DNA of 63,232 nt, counting the filler, from Stramenopiles sp. TOSAG23-6 (lineage: Eukaryota), in NCBI GenBank assembly GCA_900128565.1. It is 31 parts of 31 records of this genome, joined end to end, with 100 filler letters (N's around TTAATTAATTAA, not from the genome) between each part and the next. Parts side by side here need not be neighbours in the genome. Positions count along the whole stretch, not along the records: positions 51,159 to 53,090 come from LT638440.1; positions 53,191 to 55,122 come from LT638441.1; positions 55,223 to 57,152 come from LT638442.1; positions 57,253 to 59,180 come from LT638443.1; positions 59,281 to 61,207 come from LT638444.1; positions 61,308 to 63,232 come from LT638445.1; 25 more parts are not named here. The stretch is one strand, 5' to 3'. A program made the position numbers and the translations under genes. The notes under the pieces were generated by a model that saw only the letters and a program-made list of their open reading frames with translations, was not told the DNA's origin and made no database searches. Numbering within the stretch: the stretch's first letter is position 1; each line of letters opens with the position of its first letter. This document shows, piece after piece, positions 52,030 to 63,232 of the stretch.

Positions 52030-53036
52030 CTATTGGTGCTGCAATTTAGTGGACAACGTTGACATTGCTTTTTTCTTACCATCAGGAACCAAAAAACAAA
52101 TCATGGGTTTGTCTTGAGAAATATATGGCCTATCAACACGGAAATACCCACGGCGCTCAATTTGCATGACGTCACCAGCTTTCAAACGTCGCATATGAGA
52201 ATCAGCAAACATCTTGGAACCAACTTTTGTAGGATGTATTTTAGATGTCAGAAAATCCATAATATCATCTCCTTGTTCCATTTTTTTCTTTGTTACAATA
52301 TGTCCAAATTCAAACGCTTCAATCGGCAATAAATCATCAGTTTTTGCAACCCATGTTAACTTATGTTTAGTTAATTTAAAATCACCTTTTAGATGTAAAT
52401 GACCTTCAATACCAGTAATTTTTGAGGAGTTTTGAGGATCTCTAATTATTTTATCAACAACAGCATTGCCCCATCTCATTAATGTCACTTCTTCGCCATC
52501 TTGTAATGTCATTGCATCATCATGTATTTTGAAAAAATATTTCACAAAAAAATCGTTAGGTACAAAATTTCGTACGAAAAAAATATTCGAAATTGAAAAC
52601 AAATAAAACAAACATGTTCAATATACAAAGTCTTTGAGATAAATTTCACTTGTTTACCCATTTCTGGTCGTTTGGGGTGTAGTGCAACTGTAATTCCTGC
52701 GGAAGAGCATTCGGTAATTTCATTAAAATTTTTCAATGTGAACGGAACTTTATTCTCACAATCAATTGCCATATATCGAGGTGAATTTCGATCAAGAACT
52801 TTCCGATTACTACTCCAAAATTTATCCCATTCCATATCAACAATACGTCGAGAAAATCCCTGTTCTAAAATGAACTTTTTCACTGCATCAAGTTGAACAC
52901 CTCGGCGAAGTATGCCTTGTACTGTAGGAAACCTAGGATCATCCCACCCTTCAACTTCACCCATATCTACTAACGCACCAAGCTTTCGTTTTGACATTAC
53001 GGTATACTGAAAATTCATACGAGCAAAGTCTTGAAT
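52030..53036 (-). CDS. Cytosolic glutamyl-tRNA synthetase, C-terminal exons
   Basis: TVMSKRKL, GWDDPRFPTVQGILRRG, GEEVTLMRWGN, QIERRGYFRVD. Confidence 0.95.
52522..52613 (-). mobile_element. Introner-like intron, GT..AT, 92 nt, in GluRS
   Basis: GAACAT|GTTTGTTTT...TTCGTACGAAATTTTGTACCTAAC...AAAATACAT|GATGAT gives LYIEH-DDAMTL; the element contains no AG. Confidence 0.88.
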
Positions 53037-53327
53037 ATGTATTTTGGAAAAATATTTCAAAAAAAAAAAAAAAATTGTTAGGTACAAAATNNNNNNNNNN
53101 NNNNNNNNNNNNNNNNNNNNNNNNNNNNNNNNNNTTAATTAATTAANNNNNNNNNNNNNNNNNNNNNNNNNNNNNNNNNNNNNNNNNNNNTGGAGTATTT
53201 AGTATATATGATAAAACTTTTGTAAAGTAATGAATAACCTATCAAAATCAGATTACAAACAAATCATCATAGAAATTGTATTTATTTTTTGATGAATAAT
53301 AATTTGTTTATTTGAACTTTATCACGC

Positions 53328-53897
53328 TCATTTTTTTCTTCTTTTCTTACTACGCATTTTATCAAGAAGTTGCTGCTGCTTAGCAGAAATTTTCTTCCGA
53401 TTAGTGTTTAAAGGAGGCGAAGAAGGATTTGTTAATTTGAGTTTTTGACTATTTTTTTTCTTCTCTTTCACAAAAATACTGCCAGTATTCGCGAGTCTAT
53501 TTATCCACGATGGGAACTTTGGATTGTCTAATAACTCCTCGCATAATGATTTTGAAAAATGATTGCAGTTATTTGTGACTAGTGAATAGGAAGATGGTGG
53601 GTATTGTTTCCTTAATTCTCGAAGTATTTGAGTGAATTCTCTGTTAGTTTTACTACTTTCACCCAACAAAATTGTCTCCTTAAAAACTGCTGGTGGGGAA
53701 ACTTGTTTAGGAGAATGATAGAATACACCACTTTGTCCACTAAATGTGTACTCTTTACCACGATATACTACTCCACTGTGATATGCACCGAACCCCAATG
53801 CAGAGGTAACTCTATTTGAGCTATGGAGGTCATACACGTTTAGTTCAACAGAGTACGTCCTTCCGTCAAAAGTCGAACGACTATCACCTGCTCCCAT
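53328..53897 (-). CDS. DeSI/PPPDE desumoylating isopeptidase, intronless
   Basis: LNVYDL, AYHSGV..EYTF, YSLVTNNCNHFS, PSWINRLA. Confidence 0.95.
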   Translation of the reverse strand: MGAGDSRSTFDGRTYSVELNVYDLHSSNRVTSALGFGAYHSGVVYRGKEYTFSGQSGVFYHSPKQVSPPAVFKETILLGESSKTNREFTQILRELRKQYPPSSYSLVTNNCNHFSKSLCEELLDNPKFPSWINRLANTGSIFVKEKKKNSQKLKLTNPSSPPLNTNRKKISAKQQQLLDKMRSKKRRKK

Positions 53898-54251
53898 TGC
53901 AATTATTCCAATGCCAAATGTTTCAATGGCATTGTGTACTGTACAGTTGAAAATGCGATAATTTTGTATTCATAATGAATCATAGTACCAAATACCAAAT
54001 TTCGAAATTCGAACCGCATTATATGATACCCGGTACCCACAAACCGCCGATGGTCAAAAATGAATCAAATTCATGAATCTAAATCAAAAAAGAAAAATAA
54101 AACATAAAAGAAAAAAAAAAGTGTGTTGACTCGTCCATTTCCTANNNNNNNNNNNNNNNNNNNNNNNNNNNNNNNNNNNNNNNNNNNNNNNNNNNNNNNN
54201 NNNNNNNNNNNNNNNNNNNNNNNNNNNNNNNNNNNNNNNNNNNNNNNNNNN

Positions 54252-55063
<812 letters not shown>

Positions 55064-55222
55064 GTACGTTTTATTTTTTTTTCAATTTCAAATTTATTTT
55101 TCGTACGAAATTTTGTACCTAANNNNNNNNNNNNNNNNNNNNNNNNNNNNNNNNNNNNNNNNNNNNTTAATTAATTAANNNNNNNNNNNNNNNNNNNNNN
55201 NNNNNNNNNNNNNNNNNNNNNN

Positions 55223-57152
55223 ATATTTGTCTTGATTAGTACAATCTATAAAATACTTCAAACAACATCAACAATATGACAAATATGAAAGAAATAAATA
55301 TACAACAATGATATCAAATATATTTGTCTTGATTCGTACAATATATACAATACTGAAAACAACATCAACAATATTATAATTATAAAACAAATGAATAAAC
55401 GACAATGATATCAAATATATTTGTCTTGATTAGTACAATCTATGAAATACAACAAACATCATCAACAATATCACAATTATAAAACAAATGAATAAAGAAC
55501 AATGATATGAAATATATTTGTCTTGATTAGTACAATCTATAAAATACTTCCAACAACATCAACAATATTATAATTATAAAACAAATCAAAAAACAACAAT
55601 GATATCAAATATTATTGTGTTGAGGTTTACGACATAATACCTACCAGAAGTTTTGTCTAGGATATCATAATAAAAAAACACATGAATAAACGACAATAAT
55701 ATCAATTATCGTTGTAATGATTTGAACAATATATAAAATACGCGCATCAACTATGTCAAACATTTTACAACTATAAAACAAATGAATAAACAACAATGAT
55801 ATCAAATATATTTCTCTTGATTTGTACGATCTATAAAATACTTCCAACAACATCAACAATACTATAATTTTAAAACAAATGAACAAACAACAATGATATC
55901 AAATATATTTGTCTTGATTTGTATAATATATAAAATACGGAAAACAACATCAACAATATCACAATTATAAAATAAATGAATAAACAACAATGATATAAAA
56001 TATATTTGTCTTGATATGTACAATCTATAAAATACGCAAAACAATATCAACAATATTATAATTATAAAAATAATGAATAAACAACAATGACTTCAAAGAT
56101 ATTTGCCTTGTTGAGTACAATCTATAAAATACTTACAGCAACAATATCAAAAATATTATAATTATAAAACAAATGAATAAACAACAATGATATAAAATAT
56201 TGTTGTATTGATTAGTACAATCTATGAAATACGAAACACAACATCAACAATACCACAATTATAAAACAAATGAATAAACAACAATGATGTAAAATATTGT
56301 TGTATTGATTAGTACTATCTATAAAATACTCCAAACAACATCAACAATATCACAATTATAAAACAAATGAATGATATCAAATATATTTGTCTTGATTAGT
56401 ACAATCTATAAAATACTCCAAACAACATCAACAGTATCACAATTATAAGACAAATGAGTAAACAACAATGATATCAAACATATTTGTTTTGATTAGTACA
56501 ATCTATAAAATACATCAAACAACATTAACAATATCACAGTTATAAACGAAATGTAAAAACAACGATGATATCGAATATAATTGTCTTGATTTGTACAATA
56601 TATAAAATACAATAAAAAACATTAACAATATCACAGTTATAAACGAAATGTAAAAATAACAATGATATCAAATATATTTGTCTTGATTAGTACAATGTAT
56701 TAAATACTGAAAACAGCATCAACAATATCACAATTATAAAACAAATGAATAAACAACAAAGATATCAAATATATTTGTCTTGATTAGTACAATTGATTAA
56801 ATACGTAAAACCACATCAACAATAACATAATTATAAACAAATGAATAAACAACAATGGTATCAAATATATTTGTCTTGATGAGTACAATTTATGAAATAC
56901 GGGAAACAACATCAACAATATCACAATTATAAAACAAATGAATAAAAAACAATTATATCAAATATATTTGTCTTGATTAGTACAATCTAAAAAATACTCC
57001 AAACAACATCAACTATATCACAATTATAAAACAAATGAATAAACAACAATGGTATCAAATATTGTTGTATTGATTTGTACAATATATCAAAAACGGCCAA
57101 CAACATCAACATTATTATAATTATAAAAGAAATGAATAAACAACAATGATAT
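55223..57152. repeat. AT-rich ~97-bp satellite, about 20 diverged copies
   Basis: Unit ~AACAACATCAACAATATCACAATTATAAAACAAATGAATAAACAACAATGATATCAAATATATTTGTCTTGATTAGTACAATCTATAAAATACTCCA. Confidence 0.95.
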
Positions 57153-57335
57153 NNNNNNNNNNNNNNNNNNNNNNNNNNNNNNNNNNNNNNNNNNNNTTAA
57201 TTAATTAANNNNNNNNNNNNNNNNNNNNNNNNNNNNNNNNNNNNNNNNNNNNAAAAATCTAAAAAAATTTGTTAGGTACAAAATTTTTTTACCAAAAAAA
57301 AAAAAAAATCGAATTTGAAAAAAAATAAAACATGC

Positions 57336-59126
57336 ACGTCGAAGCATCGGAAAGAATTTACGTCTATCACTATTTCCAATACGCCTGGCAGGACTAGCAT
57401 TTTTGAAACTGTCTTGCATAGTATTTGTATTATTTTCAGAGATAATACTTAAACGTTTTTGTATACTTTTTGTCGGGGTACTAAATAATTCAGCATCATG
57501 TTTGATTTCATTCTGGTTATGTTCATCTTGATACAAATCTTCGTCCCAACAACTTCTGCAGCCCCTAGTATTATGGATAATGAAAAAATATTTCAAAAAA
57601 AAATCATAAATTTTTGTTAGGTACAAAATTTCGTATGAAAAAAAAAATAAATTAGAAATTCATATGAAAACGTACACTACATCTACAAATACATTTCTTT
57701 AGCTCCTTCATCCAAGAAAGAGTATTTTCATCTGTGTCTGCGGCAAAGAATAATCCATGTTCGCTATGAGGGATATCCATATAAAAACATTTCGTGCTAC
57801 GACATAAATTACTATTTACTTTACCATTCGTTTCAATATTCTCCAGAGATCTGTATTTTGGAAAAATATTTCAAAAAAAATCTAAAAAAAATTGTTAGGT
57901 ATAAAATTTCGTACGAAAAAAAAATCGATTTTTTTGTTAAAAAAAAAAAATAAAACATACATTGTACAACCAGCAAGATTCACAATACGATGACAATGAG
58001 TATTAGTACCATTTCGTTTTTGTGAAATATCCTTTTTGGTAATATCATCAAATTCATACAAACACCCATTTCGAATCACAATCAGTCTACATCGCCATTT
58101 TCTTGTTTCTCCTGTTTTTCTCCAAAGTTTCCCAGACTTTTGCCAAACAAGAAAATCAGCAGCATGTATTTTTGGAAAATATTTAAAAAAAATTTGTTAG
58201 GTACAAAATTTCGTACGAAAAAAAAATCGAAATTCGAAATTGAAAACGAACATTTGGAACACCTGAAAGTAAAAATCTTTCTGAAAGAGTATGAACAGCA
58301 CATCTCATCATACTTGATTCACGGGACTCTGTTAAAGTAAATAAATCAGATATACTTACATTATACATGTATTTTGGAAAAATATTTCAAAAAAAAAAAC
58401 TAGAATTTGTTAGGTACAAAATTATATAAAAAAATAAATTCGATTTTTTTGTAAAAAAAAAACATAAAACATACATGATCAGATTACAATATTCTGGATT
58501 GATAGACGCGATAGTACGTAATAGTGTTTTAGCACTCTCTGAAATTTTATTTGTTGTAGAAGAGCGACAATTTGATAATTTTACTAATTGTCCAAGAGGC
58601 GATGGCATCTCAGAAAAATATTGAGACATCCCACGTATTGTGAAAAAATATTTCAAAAAAAAAAACTAAAATTTGTTAGGTACGAAATTTCGTATGAAAA
58701 AAAAACATTAAATTAGAAATTCATATAAAACATACACGTGGCCATTGTGAATCGAAATCATTTGAACTCTTTCTAAGATGTTCACTTGATTTTTGTTTTT
58801 TTCGATATTGTTCAATAAATTTTTTGGGAAGTTTTTTACCCAAGAATGTATTTTGGAAAAATATTTCAAAACAAATCTAAAAAAAATTATTAGGTACAAA
58901 TTTTCGTAGGAAAAATAAATTCGATTTTTTTGTTAAAAAAAAAAATAAAACATACATATCTCACAAGTCAGAGGATAAATACATAACAGACTTAACAAAT
59001 TACACGCCATTGAAACGATATATGAAGAGTCTTTCATATACAATATTCCAAGTAACTCACCCAGAGCAAGGTCAAATTGAAAATGGGATTCGTTCTGAAG
59101 AGACTCTCCGTGATCTCCTTTCATAT
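57336..59126 (-). CDS. PH-domain protein, 7 exons separated by family introns
   Basis: Spliced: KSGKLWRKTGETRKWRCRLIVIRNGCLYEF..IVNLAGCTIS..LFFAADTDENTLSWMKELK. Confidence 0.85.
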
Positions 59127-59280
59127 ATGTATTTTGGAAAAATATTTCAAAAAAAAAAAACTTAAATTTGTTAGGTACAANNNNNNNNNNNNNNNNNNNN
59201 NNNNNNNNNNNNNNNNNNNNNNNNTTAATTAATTAANNNNNNNNNNNNNNNNNNNNNNNNNNNNNNNNNNNNNNNNNNNN

Positions 59281-60189
59281 GTTACCATCATTGAATTTAA
59301 GGCCAGAAGAAAAAAGTTTATAAACTGCTCGAGATATTTTTGACGATGAATACTTTCGTGGTGCGCTTCCACCAATAACAAGTGTTGCTGTTCCTGCGCT
59401 TCCACCCGTAGCAAGGTGGGATTCGCTGCTCTTGAAGCGGATATCTTCTTGACCATCTTCAACTTCGTCTGCGTTTCTAAACGTGAATATGATGTTCGTA
59501 GTACATTCTTCCACAATTATTTCTGTCAATTTTACTCCATTACTAGCTGTGATTTTTTTAACTGCATTGCAAATTTCAATCGCCATGTTTTTAAGATCAA
59601 TTTCCCCCGAAAACTAAATTTCAATTTTAGTTTCGAAAGTTTTCTTACCATCACCATCATCACCTTCTTCATCATCAGCGGCATCTGCTGGAAGTTGTTC
59701 TCCTTCACCATTAGCATCACCTTCTTCAACACCAGCGGCAGCAGCACCACCACCACCGGCATTCAATTCCGCATCTGCTGGATGTTGTTCTCCTTCACCA
59801 CCAGCGGCAGCACCACCATCAGCATCACCTACTTCATCAACAGCGGCAGCAGCAACACCATCAGCAGCAGATTCCGGTGATCCTGCTATTTTTGTTGGAC
59901 GTATTTTTGTTTGACGTTCTTCTTCACCACCATCAGCATCACGTTCTTCATCAACAGCGGCAGCACCACCACCAGAATCGCCAACAAGAGGAAAAATCTC
60001 TCCAAAATCCACTTTAATATATCTAGCATCTACATTATATTCTTTTGCAATTTTCTCTATATACTTTTTTCTCAACTTTTTTTTCAACTTTTCTGTTTCA
60101 ATTTTCGTTATATCTTGATTTTCTAAAATTTCCGAAAAACTTAGCTCCAAGCTGCCAGGGGACAAGGTAATACAATCAAATCCACCCAA
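59281..60189 (-). CDS. Acidic Ala/Gly-rich repeat protein, with an apparent frameshift near 59600
   Basis: AAAVDE.DADGG repeats; two consecutive ORFs in different frames. Confidence 0.5.
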
Positions 60190-60663
60190 TGGTTAGGGTA
60201 CAGCATGTTAATGAGTATAGATAGCTTATTCAGATACGTACATTTTCAAAAATTTAACCGTTCGATTTGAAAAAAACCGTTAGGGTTAGGGTTTGCCGAT
60301 CCATCACATGTCATGTGTATGTGTCATTGACAGAAATTTATCGGCACGAGGTCACTCCCGCACACAGAACAGAAGTCAAAAGAAGTAAGTTATTANNNNN
60401 NNNNNNNNNNNNNNNNNNNNNNNNNNNNNNNNNNNNNNNNNNNNNNNNNNNNNNNNNNNNNNNNNNNNNNNNNNNNNNNNNNNNNNNNNNNNNNNNNNNN
60501 NNNNNNNNNNNNNNNNNNNNNNNNNNNNNNNNNTTTTTCAACACATAATGATAATGAACCCCTAACCCTAACCCAAACAGATTCAACTGTTACAGAGTCC
60601 CACTCGATTAGTAGCAAGCCCAAAGTAAAACAATACACTCCACCAACAAAGTTTTTTGATAGA

Positions 60664-61207
60664 TTGCGGGAGTTTTATTCCGCAAGAAGACTTCGAAAAG
60701 TTGGATTTGCGACTAATTCTAATATACCAACGGTAAACTCATCGTTAAACATTGAAGAGCGAGAAAAGTTATATACGGAACAGGAAAGAGCGTTTAATAT
60801 CAGTGTGGATGCAATACAAGCAAACGGTCAGTATCTACCTTGTCTGCAATTAGGATGTACAAGTTTTTTTAGTGGTGTTGTGTTTGCTGGCTTCTTCGCC
60901 GGTCCGCTTGGTGCTGCGTATCATGCGCTTCTCGCTCCTCCAAAATTAATATCAGTCCAACATGTTTTTAAAGCTGCTTCCTTATCAAGTATTCGTTGGG
61001 GTATCCGATATGGTACATTTTTAGGTATTTTTCGTATGTTGAGTTATAGCATCGACAGAATAGTAGAAGAAAGGTCACCAGAGACTTTGGGGTTATCCGC
61101 GGGAATAGCTGGTGCTACTGCTGCGTTTTGTCCAAAATTTCCTTCAGAAGTTTCAAATCCGAAATTTGGATTGAATTCTATTCGATATATTCATAATTTA
61201 CCAGTAT
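60664..61207 (+). CDS. Tim17/Tim22/Tim23-family-like membrane protein
   Basis: Gly-rich TM1, WGIRYGTFLGIF...IDRI, SAGIAGA pattern. Confidence 0.6.
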
Positions 61208-61409
61208 NNNNNNNNNNNNNNNNNNNNNNNNNNNNNNNNNNNNNNNNNNNNTTAATTAATTAANNNNNNNNNNNNNNNNNNNNNNNNNNNNNNNNNNNNN
61301 NNNNNNNAAAAAAAAAAAAAAAATTTAAAACAAAAAAATTTTATAGGAAATTTTGTACCTAACAATTTTTTTTTTATAGTAAATTTTGAAATATTTTTCA
61401 AAAATACAT

Positions 61410-63001
61410 TTATGCTATTGCTTTAAATGCTGTACAAAATGTTATTTCTACTACTACTACTGAGTTGAATTACTTTGGTGATGAAAATTTTAAAAATAGT
61501 GAAAATTTTAAAAATAGTGAAAACTTTAAAAATAGTGAAAATTTTAAAAATAGTGAAAATTCTAAAAATAGTGAAAATTCTAAAAATAGTGAAAATTTTA
61601 AAAATAGTGAAACTGATGAAATAGAAAGAATGGAACAACAGTCCATTGAAATTGCTATTCAACAAGTTCAACATTTCATACAACAAAAACAAATAAGAAA
61701 ATTAAAACATATTGCAAAATTAGCTGCTCTTGGTGCACTTCAAAATGCAACTTATGTATGTTTTTTTTTAAATTTTGAAATTCAAATTTTTTTACTATGA
61801 TTTTTTTTTTTGTTTTTTTATAAAAATTTTGTACCTAACAATTTTTTTTAGATTTTTCTTGAAATATTTTTCCAAAATACATGGTGTTCATACAAAAGAT
61901 TACACTATTGATAAAGAAGCCCTTATAATGGCTGCAATAAGCGCTTGTAAAGCAACACAATGTGAACATTGGCTAGCATTAAAAATTGGTACAAAAATGG
62001 CTTTATATATATATAATCAAGAAATTAAACATCTTTATAAAAAAGCAAATAAAGATGGACATTTGACAAATCAACTTGATTCAATTGCTGTGGAAAAAGT
62101 ACGACATTGTTTTGATGTACAAATGGACCAAGAAGAGACTCAAGAAGAAGTTTTTTTGATGGTATGTTTTTATATCACGATTTTTTTTTTTAAAATTTTT
62201 TTTTTAAATTTTTTTAATTTTTTTTTTGTATGAAATTTTTTTTAAAAACAAAAAATAATTTTTTTTGATTTTTTTTAGAAATATTTCTTCACAGGATAGA
62301 TTATGTCTAAAGGTGTTGATGAGACAGAAGCTCATCAAATTGCTGAAAATGCAGTATTTCGTGTTTTAGAGGACATTGAAACATTGGATAGGGAACGCAA
62401 TGAAGAAATATTGTACGTTTCATTTTTTTTTCACATTTTTTTTTTTGTCGTAAATTTTTTTTTTTTTTTTTTTTTTTTAGTAACCCTAACCCTAATAATT
62501 TTGAAAAAAAAATTATTTTTCTTCACTACATAAAACGTATCAAAAAAGGAAAAGAAATTGTCAAACTTGCTGAAATAAAACAAGGTAAAATATTTGATGC
62601 CTACCAAGTTGCATTTGTTATGCAACAAAATGCAGAGCAAACCCTCAGAGACGTTCAAAATGATATGTATGTTTTATTTATTTTTTTTCGTACAATTATC
62701 TACAATTTTTTTTTGTAGGAAATTTTGTACCTAAACTAAAAAAATTTTTTTTTTTTTTTGAAACTAAAAAAAAAAAAAAATTGAAATATTTTTTTTGTAG
62801 GAAATTTTGTACCTAACAATATTTTTTTTTTTGAAACTAAAAAAAAAAAAATTGAAATATTTTTTTTGTAGGAAATTTTGTACCTAACAATTTTTTTTTT
62901 TTTGAAATATTTTTCCAAAATACATGGCGACTGCCGTTTTACCTTTTCAAAAAAAAGATGCTGCTAGACAACTTTCAATAGCACAAAAAGAATTGGCGAA
63001 T
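61410..63001 (+). CDS. Unknown helical protein, 5 exons, with NSENFK repeats
   Basis: In-frame joins across introns 61756-61882, 62162-62299, 62413-62531 and 62667-62925. Confidence 0.7.
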
Positions 63002-63068
63002 GTACGTTTCTTTTTTTTTTCAATTTTTTTTCTAAATATTTTTTTCATACGAAATTTTGTACCTAAAC

Positions 63069-63105
<37 letters not shown>

Positions 63106-63232
63106 AAAAAAAAAAAAAAAAAAAAAAAAAATTTTTTTTTTTTTTTTTTTTTTTTAATTTTTTTTCTAAATTTTTTTTTCATACGAAATTTTTTTCCTAA
63201 AAAAAATTTTTTTTTTTTTTTTTTTTTTTTTT

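Noticed and set aside
52522-52613. Elements as U12 minor (AT-AC) introns
   Set aside because: A 2-nt slide can give AT..AC here, but the ATATCCTT donor is absent, several copies would end in AT or CC, and informative junctions favour the GT start.
57253-59180. Repeat-spacer pattern as a CRISPR array
   Set aside because: The repeats are long and variable, the spacers are in-frame exons of one eukaryotic gene, and there are no cas genes.

Overview
This is not one locus. It is 31 unrelated contigs of about 1.9-2.0 kb, joined by an artificial 100-nt spacer (44 N + TTAATTAATTAA + 44 N), from an AT-rich microbial eukaryote. The nuclear genes use the standard code. One contig is mitochondrial-type (rps11-nad5, TGA=Trp). 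A stramenopile-like protist is plausible but cannot be proven from the sequence. Recognisable gene fragments include a Rab GTPase, patatin, DNA-PKcs, a TENT nucleotidyltransferase, a mitochondrial carrier, ankyrin-DENN, ferric reductase, Sec24, MCM3, a PPP phosphatase, CABIN1-like, OTU, membrin, U-box/Sel1, GluRS, DeSI, an STE20 kinase and Tim22-like, plus a Gag-like ORF and a 97-bp satellite. The main result is that many genes are interrupted by one family of sequence-similar intervening elements, mostly 90-170 nt and sense-oriented. The consensus is 5' GTAYGTTTT ... TTTCRTACGAAATTTYGTACCTAAC ... polyT ... GAAATATTTTTCCAAAATAC-NN. Of 30 complete junctions I framed by hand, only 4 end in AG: 23 end in AT and one each in AA, AC and GT. 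The terminal dinucleotide usually repeats the last two bases of the upstream exon, and the ends form a short inverted repeat (GTAT..TTTT / AAAATAC). This looks like a genome-wide introner family with non-canonical (GT-AT) acceptors. Splicing is inferred from protein continuity only; no RNA data were available.
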